NCBI RefSeq assembly: GCF_001458695.1
Contig: NZ_LN885086.1
Location: 150,001 to 182,000 of the forward strand
Reading direction: 5' to 3'
Origin: Candidatus Nitrospira inopinata
Lineage (GTDB): Bacteria > Nitrospirota > Nitrospiria > Nitrospirales > Nitrospiraceae
Length of the DNA stretch: 32,000 bases
Shown here in pieces: positions 8,741-17,071 of the stretch (the first letter of the stretch is position 1; every line of letters starts with the position of its first letter). Both the position numbers and the translations under genes were made by a program. The notes under the pieces are model-generated. The model did no database searches and had not been told where the DNA came from. It saw only the letters and a program-made list of their open reading frames with translations.

Positions 8741-9621
8741 GACAGATGTCCCATTTTGCCCGTCTGATAATCGCTGACAGCCTGCGCCAGCTCGGCCTTC
8801 GTGTTCATGACGAAGGGCCCGTAGCGGGCGATGGGCTCTTCGATCGGTTGGCCGCTCATGACCAGAATCTGGCTGAGGTCCCGACTTTCCACGAGAATCC
8901 GGGAACCGTCCCGCCCACAGACCACCAATTCGGCCTCTCCCGCTGCTTCAAATCCATTGACCGATAGGAGCCCAGAGAGCACAAAGAGAGCGACGGAATG
9001 GCCTTCCGGCAACGTCAATTCCCATCGAGAAGCGGCGGCAAGCTGAACATCGTACAATTCGATGGGCGTAAAGGTGCGGGCCGGGCCTCGGCGTCCTTCA
9101 TAGGATCCGGCAATCACGCGCACATGTCCCCTGGCATAATCCAGTTCGACCACGGGAATGTCGTCCTTGACAATCGTTTGGTAGTTGGGCGCCGTCATCT
9201 TGTGGGCTCTTGGCAAATTCACCCACAGTTGAATGGCATGCAAGGTCCCACCCTCTTTCGCCCAACTTCGCTCGTGCATTTCTTCATGGACGATTCCCGA
9301 GCCGGCCGTCATCCATTGGACGTCGCCCGGTCCAATTACACCGGCATGGCCTGCCGAATCTCGGTGCGCCACGACTCCTTCATACAGGATGGTGACCGTC
9401 TCGAATCCCCGGTGCGGATGTTCGCCGACGCCTCGGGGATGCTCAGTGGGAGGAAAGTATTGGGGCCCGGCGTAATCCAGCATCAGGAAGGGATCGACTG
9501 CCCGATCCAGATCGTTGCTCGGGAAGAGATTGCGCACAGGAAATCCATCGCCGACCATGTGCGTCGAGCCAGGCTGGTACAGGCCCACCACGGTTTTGTA
9601 CGTTGTCGTTCCGATGACCAT
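8737..9621 (-). CDS. Pirin family protein (bicupin)
   Basis: GFPVRNLFPS...DPFLMLD...HPHRGFETVTILYEG...DVQWMTAGSGIVHEE; pirin N- and C-terminal cupins. A GGAAAGGAGG Shine-Dalgarno lies before ATG 9621. Confidence 0.85.
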   Translation of the reverse strand: MVIGTTTYKTVVGLYQPGSTHMVGDGFPVRNLFPSNDLDRAVDPFLMLDYAGPQYFPPTEHPRGVGEHPHRGFETVTILYEGVVAHRDSAGHAGVIGPGDVQWMTAGSGIVHEEMHERSWAKEGGTLHAIQLWVNLPRAHKMTAPNYQTIVKDDIPVVELDYARGHVRVIAGSYEGRRGPARTFTPIELYDVQLAAASRWELTLPEGHSVALFVLSGLLSVNGFEAAGEAELVVCGRDGSRILVESRDLSQILVMSGQPIEEPIARYGPFVMNTKAELAQAVSDYQTGKMGHLS

Positions 9622-9656
9622 CGTCGCCTCCTTTCCCGTATCAGACACGGAGGGGC

Positions 9657-10514
9657 TCACACCATGTTCCGCAAGGCCTCCCGCAAGGTGACAGTCCCCC
9701 GCGCCACTTCGGCCGGCCTTTCATAGCCGATGGCGCCCTTCGCAAAGGACGTGTACATCTCCTCGAACAGCCGCGCCGCCTCGGTCGAAAACCCAAACGA
9801 TGTGAACGTCGGCACCACCGAACTCAAGGATTCAAGCTTCGCCGTAATCTCCCGTCCCAATATCGCACCTAGCTCCGCCGCCACCTGAGCGGGGCTATAG
9901 TCTTCTGGCCCGGCCAGTTCGAGCAGCTTCTTGCCGGCTCCACCGGCCAGAAGCTGCTCCGCCGCAATGCGACCGATGTCTTGAGTCGAAATCATGGGAA
10001 TCCTGGCGGATGGCTCAATGAATGTGGGCAACACGCCCTGAGCCTTAGCCAAACCAATACTGGGCGCCCAGTTGTCCATGAAATAGCAGGGCCGCAAGAT
10101 CGTGATATTCTCCGCTATGGCACTCAATCGTTGCTCTCCATAACGGGCCGCGCGAATGGGGCCGGTCCCCTCGGCAATCTGAGCACCGACTGAGGAGAGA
10201 AAGACAACGTGAGGCTTGCCGCTCGCGGCCAGGGCCTCCGCCGCCAGATCCATCGTGCGCCGCTGCTCCTCGAGCCACGCTTGCGCCTGATAATTCGGCG
10301 GCACCAACAGATAGACGCCCCTTGCCCCTTCAAACGCCTTTGCCATGGCCTTGATGTCCTGATAGGAAGCTACCGCCACATCCGCTCCCTTGGCTTTCCA
10401 AGCAGCACCCTTATCAGCCGACCGCACCACCACGCGAACCGGTTGTCCACGGCGCAACAACGTCTCCGCAGCCGCTGAACCGGTATGACCCGTTGCTCCA
10501 ACAAGGACGAACAT
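9657..10514 (-). CDS. NmrA-family / NAD(P)H-binding atypical SDR
   Basis: MFVLVGATGHTGSAAAETLLRRGQPVRVVVRS (Rossmann GxxGxxG). A GGGAGG Shine-Dalgarno lies 7 nt before ATG 10514. Confidence 0.8.
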   Translation of the reverse strand: MFVLVGATGHTGSAAAETLLRRGQPVRVVVRSADKGAAWKAKGADVAVASYQDIKAMAKAFEGARGVYLLVPPNYQAQAWLEEQRRTMDLAAEALAASGKPHVVFLSSVGAQIAEGTGPIRAARYGEQRLSAIAENITILRPCYFMDNWAPSIGLAKAQGVLPTFIEPSARIPMISTQDIGRIAAEQLLAGGAGKKLLELAGPEDYSPAQVAAELGAILGREITAKLESLSSVVPTFTSFGFSTEAARLFEEMYTSFAKGAIGYERPAEVARGTVTLREALRNMV

Positions 10515-10778
10515 CGTGTGACCTCCCTTCCAAGCCGACAATTCGGTCGGTTTCGCGCCGACCGCCCCGCATTAAATGGAACCATGCTGGGCTATGCTAC
10601 ACCGTATCCTTCCGGCAGACCAACCACTCAAGGCCAGTATAATAATACTAACTAGAACTATGTCAAGAGAGAAGGCGACCGAACGGCGAGCCCGGAGCGA
10701 CTTGATCAGGAAGGAAAGCCGATGCGAGGTTGACGGGAGTGTTGGAATTTGAACAGGAGGGAACGGTCAAAGCACTTT

Positions 10779-11213
10779 TTACTGCCACCCTCCGACTTCG
10801 TGACCCTTTTCCTTGAGACAGTGCGTCATCGCGTCGGCATACGGGGGGTCCGGCACCAAGGGCTTATAGGCGCCGCCGGCTAGACCGACGGCCAATCCCA
10901 ATCCGGCGCCGGACGCCGCGCCGATCGCCACCCCGGCCAGGCCACCGATCACGCCCGCCGACGCTCCCATGGCGCCGCCGAGCGTCACACCAAGCACGGC
11001 GCCGGTCGCGGCGTTGGCGCCTTGATACGCACCCGGACGAAGTCCTTCTTGCTCCACTTGTCGTCGGCAGGCAGCCACATCTTCCTGCGCCTGTTGTTTC
11101 CCGTAAAACAGCAGTCGCTTGGTCGGGCGCAACACCGGTTCCGGCGCGGCGCAGGCCGTGAGCCACGACATCAAAAAAACGACGACCACGAAAGCAGGGA
11201 GGGTTTTTCTCAC
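10779..11213 (-). CDS. Glycine-zipper lipoprotein (paralog 1)
   Basis: GTG start. Lipoprotein signal MRKTLPAFVVVVFLMSWLTAC, a long Gly/Ala zipper (GAVLGVTLGGAMGASAGVIGGLAGVAIGAASGAGLGLAVGLAGG) and the C-terminal motif CLKEKGHEVGGWQ. Confidence 0.75.
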   Translation of the reverse strand: MRKTLPAFVVVVFLMSWLTACAAPEPVLRPTKRLLFYGKQQAQEDVAACRRQVEQEGLRPGAYQGANAATGAVLGVTLGGAMGASAGVIGGLAGVAIGAASGAGLGLAVGLAGGAYKPLVPDPPYADAMTHCLKEKGHEVGGWQ

Positions 11214-11372
11214 CCATTGAGCTTACCCGACGAAGGGACACAAACCGAGCACATTCCATTTTCCATCCCCGCCCTGTTTCTCGTATGTGACGAATGGTCA
11301 TGTCCGTCCCGCGTCACTTGCCCCCTGCCATCGATGCTCCGCAACCGATGCGCGACTGCCGCTTGTTTTTCC

Positions 11373-11810
11373 TCACTGCCATCCGGTCACTTCATATCCC
11401 TTCTCTTGCAGGCATCGGTTGACGAAGTTTTTGTAGGCGGGCGCCGGTTCCGACGACCGGGACCCTACCGAGAACAGCCCGCTCAGAAATCCCCAGACCG
11501 CCCCGCTCGCGGCCCCGATCATCGATCCCCTGCCAGCCGACCCTGATATCGCCCCCCCGACCGCGCCGCTCGCCGCCCCGACTCCGGCTCCCATGGCCGT
11601 TCGTTTGGCCACCTCTCCGCCTTTTCCATTTCCCTCCTCTGCACCGGCAGCTTCCGCCTCCTTTCGACAGGCCTCAATATCCTGCTCGGCCGCCTCTCTG
11701 CCGACCGATTGGAGATGAGCATTGGGATACAGCACCGGTTTTGCCGTAGAGCAGGCCACAAGAAGAACGACGCCCGTTGCAATGCAGAGCCCCTTGCTTA
11801 TTTTTGTCAT
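11373..11810 (-). CDS. Glycine-zipper lipoprotein (paralog 2)
   Basis: Lipoprotein signal MTKISKGLCIATGVVLLVAC, a Gly/Ala zipper and the C-terminal motif CLQEKGYEVTGWQ. Same architecture as 10779..11213. Confidence 0.75.
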   Translation of the reverse strand: MTKISKGLCIATGVVLLVACSTAKPVLYPNAHLQSVGREAAEQDIEACRKEAEAAGAEEGNGKGGEVAKRTAMGAGVGAASGAVGGAISGSAGRGSMIGAASGAVWGFLSGLFSVGSRSSEPAPAYKNFVNRCLQEKGYEVTGWQ

Positions 11811-11817
11811 TGTGTAA

Positions 11818-12132
11818 TCATTCCTTTCCTTGCGGTGAGGCCAACCGAGCCAGCGCCCACTCGACGGATACCCCGGCGAGGTTTACTCGCTTCTGCCTGC
11901 TCGTCACCCCGCTCTGAATGGAAATGCGACTTTGCGGAATCCCGCACCGTTCGGCCAAAAATCGGATCAACTCGGCATTGGCCGAGCCATCCACCGGAGG
12001 AGCAGCCACACGAATTTTGACGGCGTCACCATGCACGCCGACAAACTCGGTACGGCTCGCCTTGGATTGAACGTAAACCCGAACCGTCACCCGGTCTTTG
12101 CTTTCCGAGGCAACGGCGCGACGGATATCCAT
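11818..12132 (-). CDS. yggU: DUF167 (YggU) family protein
   Basis: 104 aa; ...VYVQSKASRTEFVGVHGDAVKIRVAAPPVDGSANAELIRFLAERCGI..., the characteristic DUF167 core. Confidence 0.8.
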   Translation of the reverse strand: MDIRRAVASESKDRVTVRVYVQSKASRTEFVGVHGDAVKIRVAAPPVDGSANAELIRFLAERCGIPQSRISIQSGVTSRQKRVNLAGVSVEWALARLASPQGKE

Positions 12133-12152
12133 GAGGGACGGCTGTGGGTGCG

Positions 12153-12968
12153 TTAAAAGATCGCTTTCGCCAATTCCAGAATGCCGCGCTGCATGTCCGG
12201 ATCGTCGGTGATCGGACGGGCGATCGCCGCATCGCAGGCCTGTTCCGCCGGCACGCCCTGTTTCATCAACAGACCGGCGTAGATCAGCAGCCTGGTGCTG
12301 ACTCCTTCTTCGAGTCCATGGTTTTTGAGATTGCGGACCTTGCCGCCGAGTTTCACCAGACGCTCGGCAATCTCCCGATCGACTCCCGCCTCCCGCTGGA
12401 CCACCGAGGTTTCAATGTCCGACGGAGGATAATCGAACTCGATCGCCATGAACCGCTGCTTCGTGCTTTGCTTGAGATCCTTGAGCGCGCTCTGATAACC
12501 GGGATTATAGGAGATCACCAGCATGAACTCATCGGCTGCTTCGACAAGCTGGCCTTTTTTCTCGATCGGCAACACTCGGCGGTCGTCGCCCAAGGGATGG
12601 ATGATGACGGTGGTGTCCTTCCGAGCCTCCACCACTTCATCCAGATAGACGATCGCGCCGTGCTTGACGCCGATCGTCAGCGGGCCGTCCATCCACACGG
12701 TTTCTTGTCCTTGGAGCAGATAGCGTCCGACGAGATCCGAGGCCGTGAGATCCTCATGACAAGCGACCGTGATCAACGGCCGACCCAGCTTGTACGCCAT
12801 GTGCTGCACGAATCTGGTCTTGCCGCATCCCGTGGGTCCCTTGAGCATCACGGCCATTTTGTTGCGCGCCGCGATTGTGAAGAGGGTCACCTCCCCTCGA
12901 ACCTCGGCATAGAAGGGCTCCCGCTCGATCCGGTACCGCCCGATATCGATTTCCCGTCCCGATGACAT
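12153..12968 (-). CDS. CbbQ/NirQ/NorQ-family MoxR-class AAA+ ATPase
   Basis: 271 aa. Walker A GPTGCGKT and Walker B IVYLDEV. The length and the motif ...ISYNPGYQS...LKQSTKQRF... are typical of CbbQ/NorQ. Confidence 0.85.
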   Translation of the reverse strand: MSSGREIDIGRYRIEREPFYAEVRGEVTLFTIAARNKMAVMLKGPTGCGKTRFVQHMAYKLGRPLITVACHEDLTASDLVGRYLLQGQETVWMDGPLTIGVKHGAIVYLDEVVEARKDTTVIIHPLGDDRRVLPIEKKGQLVEAADEFMLVISYNPGYQSALKDLKQSTKQRFMAIEFDYPPSDIETSVVQREAGVDREIAERLVKLGGKVRNLKNHGLEEGVSTRLLIYAGLLMKQGVPAEQACDAAIARPITDDPDMQRGILELAKAIF

Positions 12969-13079
12969 ACGTCAAACTCTTCGACCTGTACAGACGACTT
13001 CGTTCGCTTCCGCGAGCGATTGCGGGGTCACGATAAACGGAATCCCGTAGGAAGATCAAGCGCAAGCCGAACGAGGTCG

Positions 13080-15392
13080 TTACGCAACGTTGGCCCGATC
13101 CAGCACTTCTCTCACCTTTTGAGCCAGATTGACCGGAGTAAACGGCTTTTGGAGGAAATTGGTCTCCAGATTGACTTCGCCCTTCTTAAAGACCGGATGG
13201 TCGGGATAGCCGGACATATACAGCACCTTGGCTTCCGGTCGCAGCTCCGCCAGTTTGTCGGCCACTTCCGGCCCGCTCATTTGCGGCATCACGACATCGG
13301 TGATCAAGAGATGAATCGGCCCCACGTGTTTGGTCCCGACCAACAGCGCCTCGATACCGTGTCGAGCCACCAGCACGTGATAGCCGTTCATCCGCAAGGT
13401 CTCCTGCACAAGGCCACGGACACCCGGGTCGTCCTCCACCAGCAAAATCGTTTCATGTCCCCGCTCTCCACCGGCTCCCTGCTGAGGCGATTCACTGTCC
13501 TGGGTTCCTTCGACCAGGCGTGGAAAGAAGATCGTGCAGGTCGTCCCTCGCCCCGGTTCACTCTCGATTCCGATCAGACCTCCGCTCTGCCTCACGATAC
13601 CGTACACCGTCGAGAGACCGAGCCCCGTTCCCTTTCCGCTTTCCTTGGTCGTGAAAAACGGCTCGAATAAATGGGCCTGCACTTCCTCGCTCATGCCGTG
13701 ACCGGAGTCTTTGATCGCCAGCATCACGTAGGCGCCTTCTTCCAACGCGACCTTTCCCCGGCGCGTCTCTTTGGCCACCGTGACGTTTCGAGTCTCGATC
13801 GTGAGCCGGCCGCCGGTCGGCATGGCATCCCGCGCGTTGACGGCCAAGTTCATGATGACCTGCTCGATCTGCCCCGGATCGGCTTTGATCGGCCAGACTT
13901 CTTCCTGAAGATCCGTCCAGACCTCGATGATATCCTCGCCGACCAGACGTCGCAGCATACCGTCCATGTTCTTGATGACGGCGTTCAGATCGACGACCTT
14001 GGCCGACACGATTTGGCGCCGGCTGAACGCCAACAACTGTTTCGTGAGCCCGGCGGCCCGATCCGCCGCCTTTTTCACTTCCTCCATGTCCCGGCGCATG
14101 GGATCGCCATGCGGAAGGCGGGTCAAAATCAATTCGCTGTACCCCCGGATGACCGTGAGCAAGTTGTTAAAATCGTGCGCGACGCCGCCGGCCAGGCGGC
14201 CGATCGCTTCCATTTTCTGCGATTGCCGCAATTGGGCTTCCGCTTGACGCAGCGCGTCCTCGGCCCTCGCGCGCTCGCAGAACTGCCCGATTTTGAGAGC
14301 GATGTCCGCCACCATCTTGAGCAGCTCGTCATCGGGCTCCTGGACGTGGCGGCTGAAAAATTCGATCACGCCTTCGACTTCGCCGCCGACACGAATCGGA
14401 AACCCGACCGCGCCACGGAGCCCGGCCTGAGCCGCCACGGCCGACCGGGGTAAGGCAGTATTGTCGGCTACATCCCTCACCCAAATCGGAAATCCTCGTT
14501 CCCACACCCGACCGGGAATTCCCTCTCCCCGCTGAAAGACCAATTCCTCCGTCGCCTTGACGAATTCCTCGGGGTCGCACGACGGGGCTCTCCACTGATG
14601 GAGAGGGCGCAAGACTCCCGCCTGCGCGTCCACCTTCCAAAAGAAACCCAAGTCCCATTCCAAGCTGCCGCCGACCGCCTCCATAATCTGGGGAACGGCC
14701 TCTTGAAGCGAGGTGGCCACGCTCAGCACACGGGTGACGGCATATTGCGCGGCCAGACGCCGCTCGGCCTTGCGGCGGTCCGTAATATCGCGAATGAATG
14801 CGCTGAAAACATACGATTCACCGATACGAGCCGGCGACACCGACAATTCGACCGGAAAATCCCGGCCGCTCTTGTGCCGGGCCATGATCTCGATGCGGCG
14901 ATTCAAGATCGGCCCGACGCCGGTTTGGAGATAGTGGCGCAGCCCCTGTCTATGCGCCTCACGAACGGCCGGGGGAATGACCGTGTCGGCGAGCGGTCGT
15001 CCCACGGCCTCTTCTCTCGTCCAGCCGAAAATGGCCGTCGCTTGGGCGTTCCAATCCGTCACGACGCCGGCGGAGTCGATGATGATCACCGCGTCCAGCG
15101 CCGTCTCGATGATCGCCTGATTCCGTTCCTGACTTTGCAAGAGCGCCGTCTCGGCGGTCCGCGCCCAGGCGATCTCCTGCTGCGCCAGGCGGTACTCCGC
15201 GCGCACGCGAACGCCTGCCCAGACAAGCAGCGCCAACAACGGAAGCCAGACGGCCGCCCCAAGGCCGCGCACGGCGTAGTCAACGAGAAACGTCCCGACG
15301 CCCAACGCGACGACGGCGGCCATCATCGGAAAGGTCGCCCCCCCCTTCCGTCGAGACGCCGTCGAAGATTGTGCGGTCGGATTACGGCTCAT
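13080..15392 (-). CDS. Hybrid sensor histidine kinase (TM - PAS - GAF - HisKA - HATPase_c - receiver)
   Basis: H-box GGVAHDFNNLL; N/G boxes NLAVNARDAMP, DSGHGM, GKGTGLGLS; C-terminal receiver ILLVEDDP...LLITDVVMPQMSG...MSGY. The preferred start ATG 15392 forms an ATGA overlap with the upstream gene's stop. The track ORF extends to 15416. Confidence 0.85.
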   Translation of the reverse strand: MSRNPTAQSSTASRRKGGATFPMMAAVVALGVGTFLVDYAVRGLGAAVWLPLLALLVWAGVRVRAEYRLAQQEIAWARTAETALLQSQERNQAIIETALDAVIIIDSAGVVTDWNAQATAIFGWTREEAVGRPLADTVIPPAVREAHRQGLRHYLQTGVGPILNRRIEIMARHKSGRDFPVELSVSPARIGESYVFSAFIRDITDRRKAERRLAAQYAVTRVLSVATSLQEAVPQIMEAVGGSLEWDLGFFWKVDAQAGVLRPLHQWRAPSCDPEEFVKATEELVFQRGEGIPGRVWERGFPIWVRDVADNTALPRSAVAAQAGLRGAVGFPIRVGGEVEGVIEFFSRHVQEPDDELLKMVADIALKIGQFCERARAEDALRQAEAQLRQSQKMEAIGRLAGGVAHDFNNLLTVIRGYSELILTRLPHGDPMRRDMEEVKKAADRAAGLTKQLLAFSRRQIVSAKVVDLNAVIKNMDGMLRRLVGEDIIEVWTDLQEEVWPIKADPGQIEQVIMNLAVNARDAMPTGGRLTIETRNVTVAKETRRGKVALEEGAYVMLAIKDSGHGMSEEVQAHLFEPFFTTKESGKGTGLGLSTVYGIVRQSGGLIGIESEPGRGTTCTIFFPRLVEGTQDSESPQQGAGGERGHETILLVEDDPGVRGLVQETLRMNGYHVLVARHGIEALLVGTKHVGPIHLLITDVVMPQMSGPEVADKLAELRPEAKVLYMSGYPDHPVFKKGEVNLETNFLQKPFTPVNLAQKVREVLDRANVA

Positions 15393-16882
15393 ATCTCGAG
15401 TTCCGTCACGATCCAATTCTCAATGACGGCGACGGGATGATAGTGCCGTTTGGCCGCGCGCAATCCCGGCAACCCTGCATCATCCATGGCGTTCACGAAC
15501 GCCGCGCCTTCGGCGACCGCGGAGCGGCACGTCTCGCGAAACAGCCACTGGGACAAGCCGGGAATCGACCGATCCGCGACTTCCATCAACACACACCAGG
15601 TGCGCGGCGTGAGCCGGTACCCGAAGGTGTACGCCGCGATTTCATCGTTTGAAACCGCCACCGTCCCCGACAAACCGATGCGCCCATGTTCGGCGAACGC
15701 CAGCGCATGGGCCGCCATCGCATCCTCAAGAAACAGCGAGGCCGCTTCATCGAGAAACCCGGCTCGCTTCTGCTCCGCCCATCGTGCGAGCAGAGCCAGA
15801 CAGCCGTCCTGGTCTTGCTCCCGATACGGCCGCGCGATGACGGTCCGCTCCCGTTCGACGCGATTGCAGAGCGCCCGTTGCGGTTTGTATCGGTCTCCGG
15901 CCAACGTCGCGACGTGCTCGGTTCGGTACAGATAATCCCCTTCTTTTGGCCGACAGCGCAGCCCCAGCCGTTCCAAGATCGGTTTCTGATGGGTCGTCAC
16001 ATTTTCGATCCGGCCGACCGGCGATGTTCCGTTCCATTTTCGCATCAGTTCAAACGCTTCGCCCGCCGTTTCCTCCAACGGCCTCGGTCCCAACGGAGGC
16101 AGCGGCATGAACCAGCCGTCCGGCGATTGCGCGAAGAGAAAGAACGTCCCCCCCGATTCCATCCATCGGTACGACAACTGATTGCTCCAGACATAGTGAT
16201 AGGGGAATGCGTAGGCGGCCAATGTGTCGGGTTGCAACAGGCCCGATGACTCCAGCGCCCGCGCGAACCGCGGCGCGTCCGCCGGTGTAAGGGGATGAAG
16301 AGTGGATGGCATCCGTGTGAGACGGGTCGTCAATGTCGGAAGGGACCGCACAATCACCACGTCTTCCTGAAAAGGGCCGATCAACCGCGGATTGGCCGCG
16401 ATGATCTCAACCCACGATGCCTTCTCCAGCCAACCGGCGACCCGCTCCGCGTAGGCCGTGATCGCCGATGGAACGGAATCGCGCAGATGCGGACACTTGG
16501 CGTCCCATCCGAGCACGATTTCCTTATGGGACTCGTTCCACATGAGCGCCAAAGGATAGAGCCGACAGTCCAACGGCCGGGCATCATAGATGGTGCATCG
16601 ACCAGACAACACATCGAACGCCGGGCAGACGTAGCCCTCGCCCTGTGGATTTTTGACGAGATCGATCTGAGAGCCGGATCGGTCGGGGAAATATTCGCGA
16701 GAGAGACCGTGCGCTTCGGCCTCGGCGATCTCCTGTTCGGTAAAATAGGGACGAAGAAAGCTGTCGGCTTCCGGAAAACGGCAGCAGACGTCACACCGAC
16801 GACAAGCCGAATCGGGTACAAACTGCGGGAGCGCCTTCGGCGACACCGTGAGGAAAGAAGGTTCGCTCGTATGCGTGCCCAT
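15389..16882 (-). CDS. Fusion protein: N-terminal YkgJ-type Cys-cluster (CxxCxxCC) domain plus C-terminal DUF2156 (MprF/lysyl-PG-synthase C-terminal-like, GNAT-fold) domain
   Basis: N-terminus: CRRCDVCCRFPE...YVCPAFD..GRCTIYDARPLDCRLYPL (PF03692-like). C-terminal ~300 aa: FPYHYVW...FFLFAQSPDGWFMPLPPLGP...GDYLY...LAGDRYKPQRALCNR...FLDEA...YTFGY..., which resembles DUF2156. Confidence 0.6.
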   Translation of the reverse strand: MGTHTSEPSFLTVSPKALPQFVPDSACRRCDVCCRFPEADSFLRPYFTEQEIAEAEAHGLSREYFPDRSGSQIDLVKNPQGEGYVCPAFDVLSGRCTIYDARPLDCRLYPLALMWNESHKEIVLGWDAKCPHLRDSVPSAITAYAERVAGWLEKASWVEIIAANPRLIGPFQEDVVIVRSLPTLTTRLTRMPSTLHPLTPADAPRFARALESSGLLQPDTLAAYAFPYHYVWSNQLSYRWMESGGTFFLFAQSPDGWFMPLPPLGPRPLEETAGEAFELMRKWNGTSPVGRIENVTTHQKPILERLGLRCRPKEGDYLYRTEHVATLAGDRYKPQRALCNRVERERTVIARPYREQDQDGCLALLARWAEQKRAGFLDEAASLFLEDAMAAHALAFAEHGRIGLSGTVAVSNDEIAAYTFGYRLTPRTWCVLMEVADRSIPGLSQWLFRETCRSAVAEGAAFVNAMDDAGLPGLRAAKRHYHPVAVIENWIVTELEI

Positions 16883-16953
16883 TAAAAGTCATCATACGAT
16901 GCCGGCCTCTACGTAGCAAGCAAGGAGCGGCTTCTATGCGTCGGAGTAGCGTG

Positions 16954-16967
16954 CCGGCGGCCGCCGG
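16954..16967. repeat. Perfect 14-bp GC palindrome in the divergent intergenic region
   Basis: CCGGCGGCCGCCGG equals its own reverse complement. It lies between divergent genes 15389..16882(-) and 17072..18706(+). Confidence 0.5.
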
Positions 16968-16980
16968 ACGCCACGCGCGA

Positions 16981-17006
16981 CCTCTTCCCCTTTCTGCCTC
17001 TTCCCC
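16981..17006. repeat. Direct repeat CCTCTTCCCC x2 inside a ~50-nt pyrimidine-rich tract
   Basis: CCTCTTCCCC occurs at 16981-16990 and 16997-17006. The tract 16981-17028 is overwhelmingly C/T on the plus strand. Confidence 0.5.
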
Positions 17007-17071
17007 ACCATCTTGCCCGCCTTACTTATGAGAGCGCGCCCTCCTCGCCCTCTTGTCGAACGTTGAGGCCC

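Noticed and set aside
10634-10665. AT-rich patch with TATAAT and an imperfect palindrome AGTATAATAATACT in the 237-nt gap upstream of the NmrA operon
   Set aside because: The arms are only 5 bp (AGTAT/ATACT). The TATAAT is on the plus strand, which has no downstream gene. It could be part of a minus-strand promoter or UP element, but I cannot support a specific call.
12144-12965. 273-aa plus-strand ORF antisense to the CbbQ/NorQ gene. Similar long antisense or off-frame ORFs: 2733..3587, 3476..4201, 4901..5752, 8105..8767, 8998..9726, 13671..14453, 14598..15440, 15686..16249, 16295..16885, 17270..18064, 19025..19774, 21904..22626, 22839..23366, 23350..23922, 25673..26545, 26645..27427, 28103..28924, 28471..29136, 29216..30025, 29898..30602, 30710..31534
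   Set aside because: Each overlaps a gene on the other strand or frame that has strong family-specific motifs. Their compositions are Arg/Gly/Pro/Asp-biased, as expected for non-coding frames of GC-rich genes.
16883-17071. Lysine (L-box) riboswitch upstream of the KamA cluster
   Set aside because: The leader is pyrimidine-rich and lacks the conserved purine-rich L-box helices and motifs that I recall. A covariance-model search (Rfam RF00168) would be needed, and nothing by eye supports it.
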